Origin: Myxococcales bacterium SG8_38
GTDB lineage: Bacteria; Myxococcota_A; Polyangia; Polyangiales; Houyiibacteriaceae
Direction: 5' to 3'
Assembly: GCA_001303415.1 (NCBI GenBank)
Contig: LJTN01000018.1
Span: 108-64,107, forward strand
Length of the DNA: 64,000 nucleotides
Translations under genes and position numbers: made by a program
The notes under the pieces: model-generated
Seen by the model: the letters and a program-made list of their open reading frames with translations, nothing else
The model's database searches: none
Told to the model about the DNA's origin: nothing
Shown here: one piece after another, positions 47,708 to 58,256 of the stretch
How the letters are laid out: each line of letters opens with the position of its first letter
How positions within the stretch are numbered: position 1 is the first letter of the stretch

Positions 47708-49648
47708 CTCCTGCTCGAATCCACCGGAAAGAATTGGAAAGCGGCACCAGGTCTTTGGGTCTAGGTTCTTGTCATCGACGTGGAACGACGGCGCGTACCG
47801 CTCCCGTTTCCACTGATTGCGGGACCAAAGGCGGAAGAACCGCGCGACCCACTCCTTCAGCGTATCCGTATCGTGCTCCGGGAAGTCGTTGCCCAGGATT
47901 TCGAGGCAATCTTCGGGGGGAAGCTTGTCTCCGATCGCCAAGCGCTCGATGACGTCGAGGACGGGGTAGGGCATCAGATCGTCTTCATCGGTTTGCTCTT
48001 GGTCGCGCGGACGAAGCTCGGCGGTCGGCGTCTGGGTGTTCACCTCGTGGAGCGCCGGGATCGGGTGCATCGCGGTCGGCCCGGTCGTCTCGAGCCAGCG
48101 CAGCCAGTGGCGGAGAAACGCCTTGTCGATGCCAGCGATGGGGCTGAGGCCGCCGCAGGTATCGCCGTCCATCGTCGCGTAGCCGACTGCAGCTTCCGAG
48201 CGGTTGCTGGTGGAAAGCAGGAGCGCGCCTCGAATGTTGGCGAGCATCCATACGCTCGGGCCGCGAGCCCTGGCTTGTATGTTCTGCAACGTGATGTCGT
48301 CGCGTTCCCACGTGAGGGGCCTACCGATGGCGTCCGAGATCAAGGCTTCATATGCCTCCACGATGTGTTGCACGTCGAGCACGTAAAACGTGGCGCCCAA
48401 GGCTTTGGCCACGGCCGTGGCGGCGCTCCGCGTCACCTCGCTGCTGTTCTCGGGCGGCTGATACGCGCACCACAGCAGCTCCCGCACCCAGTCCCTCGGG
48501 TTCGGCTGCGCCTCGAGGCCGACTTTCTCCGCGAACCGTTCGCCGCCCAGCTCCCCGATGGCCCTCTCGATCATCAACGCAACCAGGCATGCCGCCGCCG
48601 CCGAATCGACGCCACCGCTGATGCTGAGCACGAATCCCCGGGACCGGCTCTTTCGCTGGTAGTCGAACAGCGCGAGCGTGATCGCGCGCATGAATTCCTC
48701 TTCCTTGTGGCGCTTGCTGGTTTCCCATTCGGGCACCGTGGGTTGGGAACGCTTCATGACAGCGCGCGGCAGCTCGAAGCTCACGTTGATGCACTTGGTT
48801 CCGGGGTCGGTGCGGTCCGCCATGAAGCTCGTGGTTCGCACTTGCTCGGTTTGCGAGGCTTCGATGTCCACGACGGCCGCGGTGAGCACGAAGTCATCGA
48901 AGGTCAGCCGCGGCGACTGGGCCAGCATTCTTCCGTTTTGGGCGATGAAGCACCCTCCATCGTAGATGACGCGTCCCGCTTCGTTTCCGAGCAGGTTGGC
49001 ATAGAGATAGGTGACTGCCATCGAGCGCGATCCTTCCAGAACCAGTCGTTCCCGAACGGCATGCTTTCCAAATGCGAAATGACTTGCGCTCGGATTGACG
49101 ATGATGTCCATCGCGTATCCGTCTAGCGCACCCCTGCGCTGCGCTACCCAAGCGTCTTCGCAGATCTCGAATCCCACACGCACCCCGGAGAAGTCGAAAA
49201 AGACGTCGCCGAAAGGATAGCTCTGTCCATCGTGCTCGAGGTGCACCACTTGATTATTCGGCCAAGGTTTGAACCAGCGCGGCTCGTAGTGAAGGCCTTC
49301 TCCTGCGAGGTGCTCCTTGGCGGCAAACCCGGCGATCCGGCCGTCGGCCACGACACACGCCGTGTTGTACAAACCGCCGCGGCGCCGTACGGGCATTCCA
49401 ATGCTGACGGCCATGCGCTTGGTCTGCGGCAAGAGCGCCATCAACATCGCCCACGCGCGTCTCGAAACGTCCGGGCCGAGAAACGCGTCCTCACATCCGT
49501 AGCCGGTGACGCAGAGCTCCGGAAGCACGAGCAGCCCGACGCCCTCGTCTCGCGCTTGCTCGAGCACGCTTTCGATGCGCCGTTGATTGCCGTCCCAATC
49601 GAGCGGGGTCTGGTTCAACGACGCGGTCGCGACCTTGATCGGGAGCAT
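47693..49648 (-). CDS. nadE: Glutamine-dependent NAD+ synthetase
   Basis: Nitrilase domain (PEL..TGY, ICED.W), SGGVDS, QNIQARAR, SNRSE..VGY.T.DGD, PTAEL, QWKR. Confidence 0.96.
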   Translation of the reverse strand: MLPIKVATASLNQTPLDWDGNQRRIESVLEQARDEGVGLLVLPELCVTGYGCEDAFLGPDVSRRAWAMLMALLPQTKRMAVSIGMPVRRRGGLYNTACVVADGRIAGFAAKEHLAGEGLHYEPRWFKPWPNNQVVHLEHDGQSYPFGDVFFDFSGVRVGFEICEDAWVAQRRGALDGYAMDIIVNPSASHFAFGKHAVRERLVLEGSRSMAVTYLYANLLGNEAGRVIYDGGCFIAQNGRMLAQSPRLTFDDFVLTAAVVDIEASQTEQVRTTSFMADRTDPGTKCINVSFELPRAVMKRSQPTVPEWETSKRHKEEEFMRAITLALFDYQRKSRSRGFVLSISGGVDSAAAACLVALMIERAIGELGGERFAEKVGLEAQPNPRDWVRELLWCAYQPPENSSEVTRSAATAVAKALGATFYVLDVQHIVEAYEALISDAIGRPLTWERDDITLQNIQARARGPSVWMLANIRGALLLSTSNRSEAAVGYATMDGDTCGGLSPIAGIDKAFLRHWLRWLETTGPTAMHPIPALHEVNTQTPTAELRPRDQEQTDEDDLMPYPVLDVIERLAIGDKLPPEDCLEILGNDFPEHDTDTLKEWVARFFRLWSRNQWKRERYAPSFHVDDKNLDPKTWCRFPILSGGFEQELSEL

Positions 49649-49763
49649 GTGCCGGTTCTAGCACTGCTGGGTGCCGGACCGCGCTTTCGGCGATTGACTG
49701 CCGAGGAGGGCGAGCGTATGATGATTTCTACGTTTGTCATTTTCTGCCAAGTTGAGTAATGTC

Positions 49764-51428
49764 ATGGCATTCCATCAAGCGCCTCCAACTCTTGGAAATC
49801 AGTACGATTCTGACTCTCTGCTGAGGGAGTACCTGCAGCGAGCCTTGCCACCGGAGCTGCTCCAGCGTTTCGAGCCCGAGTATCGGGAGCTTGGCGAGCG
49901 CAGCGGCGGAGAGCTCTACCGCCTTTCTCTTGCGGATTTGCCGAACGAGCCGGTGCACACCACGTGGGATCCTTGGGGGAACCGGATCGATCACGTCGAG
50001 GTGACCGAGGTCTGGAAGCGCGCACAGGTCATCTGCGCGGAGCACGGCTTGGTCGCGGCGGGCTACGATTCGGAGCTCGGGCCTTACGCGCGCATTCATC
50101 AGCACATTCTCAATTACGTCGTGCAGGCATCGCTCGACACGTACAACTGTCCGCTGGCGATGACCGATGGCGCGGTACGCACGCTGCTCGACTCGGGCAA
50201 TCAGCAATTGATCGACCATGCCCTCCCACGGTTGCTCTCGCGTGACCCAGCCAAGATGTGGACCTCGGGACAATGGATGACCGAGCGCATCGGCGGGTCC
50301 GACGTTGCGCAGACCGAGACGGTCGCTCGGCGACAAGGCGACACGTGGCGTCTGTATGGCACCAAGTGGTTCACGTCGGCCACGACCGCCGACATGGCGC
50401 TCACCCTCGCCAGGCCCGAAGGCAATCCTCCCGGCGGGCGCGGGCTGGCCATGTTCTATCTCGAGCTGCGCGACGAGCAAGGCCGTTTGCAGAACCTGCA
50501 CATCAATCGGCTCAAGGACAAGTTCGGAACGCGCAAGCTCCCGACCGCGGAGCTCACACTGGATGGTGTCGCTGCCATCCCGGTCGCAGGCCTCGAAAAT
50601 GGTGTCCGCAACATCACCCCGATGCTCAACATCACGCGCACGTGGAATGCCGTTGGCGCGATTCTCGGCATGCGGCGTGCGGTTGCGCTCACCCGAGACT
50701 ACGCGGGCAAACGGGAGGCGTTCGGCGCGACGCTCATCGACAAGCCGCTGCACGTCGACACCATGGCGGACATGATCGCCGAGACGCAGGGCGCCTTCTT
50801 GCTGGCGTTCCGAGTCGTCGATCTCCTCGGCCGCATCGAGTCCGACGAAGCCACCCCGGCGGAGCAGCTGGTGAGCCGCTTGCTGACTCCCATCGGCAAG
50901 CTGACGACCGGAAAGCAAGCGGTGGGCGTCGCATCGGAGGCGCTCGAGTCGTTTGGAGGCGCCGGCTATGTCAACGACACCGGTCTTTCGCGGCTTCTTG
51001 CGGATGCACAGGTGCTTCCGATTTGGGAGGGAACCACCAACGTGTTGTCCCTCGATGCCTTGCGAGCGCTCAAGCAGGACGGGGTATGGGAGGCATTCGC
51101 CGGCGAGATCCACGGCCGGATCGAAGCTGCTACCGATCCGCGCTTGCAATCAGCGGTCGAGCGCGTGAGGTCGGCGATCGAGCACGCAGGCCGATGGCTC
51201 GGAGAAACCTCAGAGGAGCGCACCATGCTCGAAGCAGGCGCACGGCGCTTTGCGATGACCTTGGGGCGAGCCACCGAGCTGGCGCTGCTAGCCGACCACG
51301 CGCAATGGTGCCTGAATCACGGCAAGGGCGAGCGCGCCCTTGCCGCTGCACGCAGGTTTTCGACGAGCCGCATCGACCTCATCGAGGACGAAGACTTCAC
51401 TGCCGGTAGCCGGCTGCTGGTCGACTGA
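49764..51428 (+). CDS. Acyl-CoA dehydrogenase, AidB-like
   Basis: CPLAMTDGA, GQWMTE..GGSDV, RLKDKFGTR, IWEGTTNV. Confidence 0.92.
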   Translation: MAFHQAPPTLGNQYDSDSLLREYLQRALPPELLQRFEPEYRELGERSGGELYRLSLADLPNEPVHTTWDPWGNRIDHVEVTEVWKRAQVICAEHGLVAAGYDSELGPYARIHQHILNYVVQASLDTYNCPLAMTDGAVRTLLDSGNQQLIDHALPRLLSRDPAKMWTSGQWMTERIGGSDVAQTETVARRQGDTWRLYGTKWFTSATTADMALTLARPEGNPPGGRGLAMFYLELRDEQGRLQNLHINRLKDKFGTRKLPTAELTLDGVAAIPVAGLENGVRNITPMLNITRTWNAVGAILGMRRAVALTRDYAGKREAFGATLIDKPLHVDTMADMIAETQGAFLLAFRVVDLLGRIESDEATPAEQLVSRLLTPIGKLTTGKQAVGVASEALESFGGAGYVNDTGLSRLLADAQVLPIWEGTTNVLSLDALRALKQDGVWEAFAGEIHGRIEAATDPRLQSAVERVRSAIEHAGRWLGETSEERTMLEAGARRFAMTLGRATELALLADHAQWCLNHGKGERALAAARRFSTSRIDLIEDEDFTAGSRLLVD

Positions 51429-51429
51429 G

Positions 51430-52491
51430 CTAGCGGATGATGGCCGTGCCGTCGAGTGGCACGGGCAAACCACTTGGAAGCTCGAGCGGCCTTGCGGGCT
51501 CCCGGCTTTCGTCTCTCAGCGCCTTGTCGATGAACAGCTTGATGAGACGCGCGTCCTCGTCGCTGAACGGCATGCCGCTGCGCTCTAGCTCGTGGGCGAC
51601 GGCATCTTCGAGCTTGCCGACCGATCCATTGTGAAAGTACGGATTGGTGAAGGCGACGTTCCTCAACGTAGGGACACGAAACTTGCCGCGATCATCCTGG
51701 AGACCGGTGACCTCCATGAGACCATCGTCCACTACGCCTTCGAGCTCCGGGACGCCTCGGTTCTCGAAGCGCTCCGATTCGAACAAGGGAGGCGCATGGC
51801 ATTCATCGCAACCCATTTCGGCGAAACGAAACATGCCCTCGGCGACCTCATCGGTCAGAGCCTCCAGATCGCCCTGGACATACGAATCGTAAAGCGCACG
51901 TTTCGATATCATCGTGCGTTGGAAAGCCGCGAGCGCCGAAGCCAGGTTTTCGACGCTGACGCTCGGGTCCTCGGGAAAGGCCTCGGCAAACCGTCGCGCG
52001 TACTCGGCAATGGTTGCGATTTCAGCGACCGCTTCTTCCGGGTCACGTCCCATCTCGTCTGCTTCGAGCATTGGGACCAGCGCCTGTTCCTCGAGCGTCG
52101 CGGTGCGTCCGTCCTGGAAGAAGCTCTGCCGGAAGGCGAGGTTGTAGAGGGTCGACGCATTGCGCCGCATCACGTTCGGACCGGTCCGTCCCGGTCCCGC
52201 GAGCAAGCCCGCCCCGAGACCCACCGAGCGCTGCAGAGAATCACTCATTCCCCAAATCTCGCTATGGCAGGTGGCGCAGGCGGTCTCGCGATCGCCGGAC
52301 AACAAGGTCTCGTAGAAGAGCAGCCGGCCGAGCTCGACTCTGGCGTCGGGAACTCCACGCATGCTCGGAGGATTCTCCGGGAACTCCCTCACGGGCCATG
52401 GCAAGTCGACGACCGCTGGCGGATCGTTCGTCCCCGCTGCCTCGCCGCACGAAGCCAGCAACGCGGCGCAGACCAGTGTGAGGCGAATCAC
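51430..52491 (-). CDS. Di-heme cytochrome c peroxidase/MauG-family lipoprotein
   Basis: Lipobox LLASC; LGRLLFY..LS..CATCH; RRNAS; CDECH; GKFRVPTLRN; PYFHNGS. Confidence 0.9.
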   Translation of the reverse strand: MIRLTLVCAALLASCGEAAGTNDPPAVVDLPWPVREFPENPPSMRGVPDARVELGRLLFYETLLSGDRETACATCHSEIWGMSDSLQRSVGLGAGLLAGPGRTGPNVMRRNASTLYNLAFRQSFFQDGRTATLEEQALVPMLEADEMGRDPEEAVAEIATIAEYARRFAEAFPEDPSVSVENLASALAAFQRTMISKRALYDSYVQGDLEALTDEVAEGMFRFAEMGCDECHAPPLFESERFENRGVPELEGVVDDGLMEVTGLQDDRGKFRVPTLRNVAFTNPYFHNGSVGKLEDAVAHELERSGMPFSDEDARLIKLFIDKALRDESREPARPLELPSGLPVPLDGTAIIR

Positions 52492-53738
52492 TCGATCGCG
52501 AGATTGCACGGAGCAAACCGTGGGTCGTTGGTGTCCATGGCCGCGATCCAATCGCGGATCACCTGGGCGCCTTGCGCATGCACGGTGCTTCGGCCGAGAG
52601 GCGCCATCATCTCGCCGGCCGTCACCGACTCGATCCGGCACAGCAGGAGCGAGCGGTCGGGATCTCCCGGGAAAATGTCGTAGTTCTGTGTGCAAGTCAC
52701 GCCATTGCCCGCAGAGGTTGCAGTCTTACACACACCCCAGCTAGTCGTGTCCTCGGAGGTGGGATCGAGATTGGCCCAATCGAGGAACAGAACCTTGTCC
52801 GCCACCTCGCCATCGGGTGCGTGGCAATGGGAGCAGTTCGAGTCAAGCCATGAACGTGCCGCTTCGTGCAAGCAATCGAAGTCATCAGGGTTGCAGCCTG
52901 CGTTGTGCTCGACCGGTTCGACGTAGGTGATACGGGGGTTGTTCTCGTTCTCGGGGGGAGGCGCATTGCTCAGCAACGAGAGCGCGTTCAGATGGTCGAT
53001 CTGATTGACGAGGCCTTCTCCATAGTCGTTTTCGCGGTTGAGCATGCCGGTCGACGGTCCGAGCGTGCGGGTGTCGGGTGACGTGCCGTGGCACTTGCGG
53101 CATGCGCCATTCGAGGGGACGCCGTAGTTCTCCAAGGTCTGCGTATTGCCATCTTCGTCGATCCAGCTCACGGACACCGTGAGGCCGCCTAACGTGAGCA
53201 CGGCGTCGGTCATGTCTTCATTGTAGACGTAGACCCACACTTTCCAGCCATCGACGTCGTGCACCAAGAGCCGGGTTTCGATGAGCTGCTCTCCCATTTC
53301 AGGAGATCGCATGTCGATGGGATACGCGAAGGTTTTTACATAGATCGTGCCCACGGGGGCCTGCCAGCGCGCGTCGTCCGAGTACTCGATCTGTCCACCC
53401 ATGCGAAGCGTGACAAATCGATGCTTAAGCGCATAGTCGGTGAACAGGGGAGAGGTGACCTCGAATGGGACCACGCCTTCCGCCGGCATCTGGTTTCGGA
53501 TGTCGTCGAACAGCTCCCACTCCGAAAGGAGGTCCTTCCGGCTGAGATCGACGCCACCGGTTCCACCTTCGCCACCTCCTCCAGCGGCACCGCCGACCCC
53601 GGCCGAGCCGCCTTCGCCGCCGGTGCCACCTACACCGGCAGTGCCTCCGATGCCTCCGTCATCGGAGGAGCTGGTGTCACAGCCTACGGCTACGAGGAGG
53701 AGGAGGAAGGAGACGATTAAGTTAAGTGCGTTCTTCAC
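52488..53738 (-). CDS. SO2930-like di-heme c-type cytochrome lipoprotein
   Basis: Lipobox VAVGC, Gly-rich linker, LFTDYALKHRF, VKTF, IETRLL, CRKCH, NCSHCH, MMAPLGRS. Confidence 0.85.
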   Translation of the reverse strand: MKNALNLIVSFLLLLVAVGCDTSSSDDGGIGGTAGVGGTGGEGGSAGVGGAAGGGGEGGTGGVDLSRKDLLSEWELFDDIRNQMPAEGVVPFEVTSPLFTDYALKHRFVTLRMGGQIEYSDDARWQAPVGTIYVKTFAYPIDMRSPEMGEQLIETRLLVHDVDGWKVWVYVYNEDMTDAVLTLGGLTVSVSWIDEDGNTQTLENYGVPSNGACRKCHGTSPDTRTLGPSTGMLNRENDYGEGLVNQIDHLNALSLLSNAPPPENENNPRITYVEPVEHNAGCNPDDFDCLHEAARSWLDSNCSHCHAPDGEVADKVLFLDWANLDPTSEDTTSWGVCKTATSAGNGVTCTQNYDIFPGDPDRSLLLCRIESVTAGEMMAPLGRSTVHAQGAQVIRDWIAAMDTNDPRFAPCNLAIE

Positions 53739-53765
53739 GAAATGCCTGCCCTTGCGATGGTGATG

Positions 53766-55154
53766 TCAGTTGTTGATGAGGACCGCTGGAAGGGTGCAGT
53801 CGCGGCCCGTCGGGTCCTGGGTGTTGCTTTCCACGATACAACCGATGAACTCGCCCTCGGTTGCCGCGTCCTGGCATTGATTGCTGGTGAGGTCGGTGTA
53901 CGACGCGCGCTCCGCCTCGCCGAGACAGATGTTCGGGTCGGTGGTGTCTACGTTGATGTAGCCGTCCCAGATCACATCGGAGGCGCCATCGGCCCATGCC
54001 GTGATCAAGACCGCGATCTGGGCTAGAATCCCCTGAGGATCGGTCCCGTTGCTGATCAGCTCGTTGTCGTGGATGTAGACGTTCTCCGGGTAGGGGTTGT
54101 AGCCCTCCTGGTACGTGCAGTCGGTGCTGGCGACTTGGCAGAGGATGACATTGCTCACGACCAGCATGCCGGTGCTCACGTTGCTATCCATCACGTTGTC
54201 GCGAATTTCGATGCCATCGCCGGAGAAGCTCATCGCACCGGTGCCGGGTGGAATGTTCGACACCGTCGTGTTCGGACGAGCGAAGTTTTCGCGGTTGTTG
54301 CAGTACACGTAGTTGTTGCGCATCAGGATGTTCTCGTTGGCCAAGCGCTCGAGGCCCGGCTCTTGAAGCGCGAGAAGGCCGCCGCTGTTGTCGAAGATGT
54401 CGTTCTCATACACCTCGACGTCGAGCGAGTTCTCCACCTCGAGACCTGCGACGTTTCCGTACACCTTGTTATAGCGAACGATGCCGCCTTCGCATTGGCC
54501 CACGTAAACACCAGCGTCCGAAGCGCCGACCACCTCGACGTATTCGACCAGGGTGTCCTGACACTTCGTGGGGTACACGGAGTATGCGCCGTTTTCGGGG
54601 ACCGAGCCCGCATCCCAAGTCACGTAGAGCTTACGGAAGACCGAGTCAGCCGCCTTGACCTCGACACCATTGCCAGCGGTGTTCACGATCCACATGTTTT
54701 CGATGGTGAACCCATCAGTCGTGACGTCGAACCCGCGGTCGCCGCGCCCCTGATAGTCGAGCTTGACGCTATCGGGGCTCTCGCCTTTGCCTTTGATGGT
54801 CAGATTTGCAGCGGAGGATACCGTTACGGAGCCCTCCATGTCGTAGGTCCCGGGCTCGAGGCAAATGATGTCTCCAGAGCTCGCAAGCTCCACCGCTGCG
54901 TTGATCGCCGCTGCGTCGTTCGTGCCCGTGGCTGACAACGTGGTGTCGCAATCATCGGTGGGCGTAGCCGGAGCGTTCTCGATCGAATACCCGTCCGGGT
55001 GCCCGATGACGTCCGCACAATCGGCAATTGGAGTCCACTCCATGCCTCCCGTACCGCCCGTACCGCCGTCACCGCCACCGCCGTCATCGCTGTCACATCC
55101 GACGACTGCAATTGCAGCCGCAAAGAGCACGCTGATAAGTATCTTGAAATTCAT
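53766..55154 (-). CDS. Parallel beta-helix repeat lipoprotein (partner of the SO2930-like cytochrome)
   Basis: Lipobox VVGC; GAYSVYP, GASDAGVYVGQ, NVAGLEVENS, NNRENFA motifs. Confidence 0.85.
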   Translation of the reverse strand: MNFKILISVLFAAAIAVVGCDSDDGGGGDGGTGGTGGMEWTPIADCADVIGHPDGYSIENAPATPTDDCDTTLSATGTNDAAAINAAVELASSGDIICLEPGTYDMEGSVTVSSAANLTIKGKGESPDSVKLDYQGRGDRGFDVTTDGFTIENMWIVNTAGNGVEVKAADSVFRKLYVTWDAGSVPENGAYSVYPTKCQDTLVEYVEVVGASDAGVYVGQCEGGIVRYNKVYGNVAGLEVENSLDVEVYENDIFDNSGGLLALQEPGLERLANENILMRNNYVYCNNRENFARPNTTVSNIPPGTGAMSFSGDGIEIRDNVMDSNVSTGMLVVSNVILCQVASTDCTYQEGYNPYPENVYIHDNELISNGTDPQGILAQIAVLITAWADGASDVIWDGYINVDTTDPNICLGEAERASYTDLTSNQCQDAATEGEFIGCIVESNTQDPTGRDCTLPAVLINN

Positions 55155-55217
55155 AAACGGGTCTCCTCCTCCGAAACAGGTCGGCCCCTATCTAACACCA
55201 AACCGAGAAAGTGGAAA

Positions 55218-55232
55218 GTGAGTTTAACTCAC
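55218..55232. promoter_or_regulatory. Perfect palindrome GTGAGTT-T-AACTCAC, probable TetR operator
   Basis: AT-rich intergenic region about 64 nt upstream of the beta-helix gene start, just downstream of a TetR gene. Confidence 0.6.
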
Positions 55233-55266
55233 AATTTGTCGTTTTCTTATAAGTTGCCGATATAGC

Positions 55267-55920
55267 TCAGCTTTTAGCTGATAGCGGCGCTGCTTTGTCC
55301 ATGTACACGGCCAGGTAGCCCTTCAGCAGCGTCTTCATCTCGGCAATGATGCGATTCGCCAAATCGGGGTCGTCCACGGACAGCGCCCAATCCTGCAATG
55401 CGTTGACGGCTTTGATCGCCGATTGCGTGACCAGCTCGATGCGATCCGGTGGAATCACTGCTCGTAGCGCCGGATGCAGCGCGAGCATCGCCGCGACGCG
55501 CTCGTTCGACTCGTCGGTGAGGGCGCCGAACTCCGGCGTCGGCCGAATGCTCAGCAGCAGTTGCGCGTAGCCGGGCTGCTCGGAATACCCCTGCATCGTC
55601 GCATCGATTGCGCGATCGATGGCCTCATTCCAGGGCAGCACGCCGAAATCCTCGGCGATCAGGCTTGCTGTCTTGAGATCGACCTCCGCCATCACGCGCC
55701 GTGCTAGCTCGGCCAGCACGGAAAGCTTGTTCGGAAAGTACTGATAGACCGATCCGATGGGCACCCCTGCCTTCTCCGCGATCGCTCCCGTCGTGATCTT
55801 GTCGACGGGAGTGTCGCCCAAGAGCTCGGCAGTCGCATCGAGGATGCGCTCCACGCGATCGCGTGAGCGTTCTTGGCTCGGCTTCCTGCGCGGAGACAGC
55901 TGATCGGACTTGGTCGTCAC
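55267..55920 (-). CDS. TetR/AcrR-family regulator
   Basis: PSQERSRDRVERILDA...IAEKAGVPIGSVYQYFPNK. Confidence 0.93.
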   Translation of the reverse strand: MTTKSDQLSPRRKPSQERSRDRVERILDATAELLGDTPVDKITTGAIAEKAGVPIGSVYQYFPNKLSVLAELARRVMAEVDLKTASLIAEDFGVLPWNEAIDRAIDATMQGYSEQPGYAQLLLSIRPTPEFGALTDESNERVAAMLALHPALRAVIPPDRIELVTQSAIKAVNALQDWALSVDDPDLANRIIAEMKTLLKGYLAVYMDKAAPLSAKS

Positions 55921-56050
55921 GGTGTGCTCGGGGGGCGAGTGTTCAGTCGAGCTAGATGAGAAGGCTAGTGACAAGCGCGATAATGCGCAATTTCGAGCCT
56001 AGATCCCACCCTGAGCTACGCGCTACACTGCGAATTCCTCGAAATCCGCC

Positions 56051-58252
56051 ATGGCCTCGACTCCCACCACCAACGGAAGCCCGCAGGAGGCAATTGCAGC
56101 CTCTTCGATAGAGGACCGCCCGGCCCCGGCGGCATCCGTCGATCTGCAATCGTCGGAATTCTATCTCAACCGCGAGCTCACTTGGCTCGCGTTCGTCAAG
56201 CGGGTGCTCCACGAGGCCGAGGATGAGCGCACCCCGCTACTCGAGCGCGTGAAGTTTCTCGCCATCACGGCATCCATCCTTGACGAGTTCTTTATGAAGC
56301 GGATCGGCGGCCTCAAGCAGCAGGTGGCGGCGGGCGTCCACAAGCTCACGGTCGACGGGCGCACCCCGATGCAACAGATTCAGGAGTGCCATGATGTCAT
56401 TCGCTCGATCACCGTCCAGCAGCAGCACTTGTGGGATGGGCTCCGCAACCGGCTCGACCAGGCCGGCATCGAGGTCGCCGATTACTCCTCGATATCTCCC
56501 GAAGACCAACGGTGGCTTCGCGATCACTATCTCGACAACATTTTCCCGCTGGTCACGCCGCAGGCGATGGATCCGGCGCACCCGTTTCCATTCGTTTCGA
56601 ACCTGTCGCTCAACCTTCTGGTCTCGCTCCACTATCCGAATGATCCGGCTCCGCTGCTGGCCCGCGTGAAGGTGCCCCTCGGGTCCGGCGTTCCGAGATT
56701 CGTCCGGGTTGGTGAATCTCTGGTCTTCGTCCCGCTCGAGGAGATCATGGCCAACAACCTCGACCTCTTGTTTCCGGGGATGGTCATCGATCGGATCGAG
56801 CTCTTCCGAGTCACGCGAAACGCAGACGTCGAGGGAGACGAAGACAAGGCCGACGACTTGCTCGCGCTCATCGAGTCGGAGCTCCAGGAGCGGAAGTTCG
56901 CGCCCATCGTTCGGCTTCAAGTCGCCCAAGGCATCGATACCACGCACCGCGGCCGGCTCGCCGCAGAGCTCGGTTTGGACGAGCAAGCGGACGTCTTCGA
57001 GGTCGAAGGCTTTCTGGGGCTCGCCGATCTTTTCGAGCTCGCCTCGCTCGACATTCCAGAGCACCGAGACCCGGATCACCGCCCGGTCGACACACCGGTT
57101 CTCGTCGGGCGAAGCAACGTCTTTCATGCGATCCGCGACCATGGCGCACTCCTCGTCCACCACCCGTACGAAGCATTTGGAACCTCGGTAGAGCGTTTCT
57201 TGCGTGAAGCGAGCGAGGACCCGAAGGTCCGCGCCATCAAGATGACGCTCTACCGCACCTCGTCGAAATCCCGTGTCATTCAGCATCTGGTCAATGCCGC
57301 GCTCAACGGAAAGCAAGTCGCGGTCGTGGTCGAGCTCAAGGCGCGTTTCGACGAGGAAGCCAACATCAACTGGGCCGCGAAGCTCGAGCAGGCTGGCATC
57401 CACGTCACCTACGGCGTCGTCGGCCTCAAGACGCATTGCAAGGTCATTCTGGTCGTCCGACAGGATCACAACGGGTTGCGCCGGTACGTGCACATCGGTA
57501 CCGGCAACTACCATGAGGAGACTGCCAAGCTCTATTCCGACATCGGGCTCCTCACCTGCGATCCGGACATCGGCCGCGATGCAACGGAGCTATTCAACTA
57601 CTTGACGACTGGTTACAAGCCGAGCCGCAGCTACAAGAAGATCCTCCCGGCGCCTAAGATTCTGAAGCCCGCCCTGTTGCGCAAGATTCGACGAGAGGTG
57701 CGACGCGTCGCAGAAGGCAAGAAGGGGCTCATTCAGATCAAGACCAACGCGCTCGAGGACGTCGACATCACGCGCGCCCTGTACGAAGCGTCGCAGGCAG
57801 GAGTGCAGATCGATCTCATCGTGCGGGACTCGTGCCGGTTGCGTCCCGGCATACCCGGTCTCTCGGAGAACATTCGGGTCATCAGCGTAGTCGGGCGTTT
57901 CCTCGAGCACTCGCGCATCTACTACTTCCACAACGGAGGCCAGGACGAGTACTACATCGGCTCCGCTGACTGCATGACCCGTAATCTGGTCAGTCGAGTC
58001 GAGGTTCTTGCACCGGTGGAGAAGGAATCGCTGCAGGAGGAGCTTCGCACCGTTCTCGACGTGCTCCTCAACGATCAACGGAGTGCTTGGGAGATGCAGC
58101 CCGATGGCACCTACGTGCAGCGCAACGGTGGCGAGGGAGCCGAAAGCGCGCATCAGGAGCTCATCAAATGGGTCGAGCGCCGGTTCGCAGAGGCCAACCG
58201 TCTGCGAAAGAGGAGCGCGCGCGGGCCGCGCGGGATTTCAGGGTCCGAGTAA
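56051..58252 (+). CDS. ppk1: Polyphosphate kinase 1
   Basis: NRELTWLAF..RVL, DPAHPFPF, HHPY, KMTLYRT, ELKARFDEE.N, KTHCK, GTGNY, GRFLEHSR. Confidence 0.98.
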   Translation: MASTPTTNGSPQEAIAASSIEDRPAPAASVDLQSSEFYLNRELTWLAFVKRVLHEAEDERTPLLERVKFLAITASILDEFFMKRIGGLKQQVAAGVHKLTVDGRTPMQQIQECHDVIRSITVQQQHLWDGLRNRLDQAGIEVADYSSISPEDQRWLRDHYLDNIFPLVTPQAMDPAHPFPFVSNLSLNLLVSLHYPNDPAPLLARVKVPLGSGVPRFVRVGESLVFVPLEEIMANNLDLLFPGMVIDRIELFRVTRNADVEGDEDKADDLLALIESELQERKFAPIVRLQVAQGIDTTHRGRLAAELGLDEQADVFEVEGFLGLADLFELASLDIPEHRDPDHRPVDTPVLVGRSNVFHAIRDHGALLVHHPYEAFGTSVERFLREASEDPKVRAIKMTLYRTSSKSRVIQHLVNAALNGKQVAVVVELKARFDEEANINWAAKLEQAGIHVTYGVVGLKTHCKVILVVRQDHNGLRRYVHIGTGNYHEETAKLYSDIGLLTCDPDIGRDATELFNYLTTGYKPSRSYKKILPAPKILKPALLRKIRREVRRVAEGKKGLIQIKTNALEDVDITRALYEASQAGVQIDLIVRDSCRLRPGIPGLSENIRVISVVGRFLEHSRIYYFHNGGQDEYYIGSADCMTRNLVSRVEVLAPVEKESLQEELRTVLDVLLNDQRSAWEMQPDGTYVQRNGGEGAESAHQELIKWVERRFAEANRLRKRSARGPRGISGSE

Positions 58253-58256
58253 CGTG

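Noticed and set aside
53560-53670. Gly/Thr-rich low-complexity repeat (also near 55040-55090)
   Set aside because: Ordinary flexible linker after the lipobox, common in myxobacterial lipoproteins.
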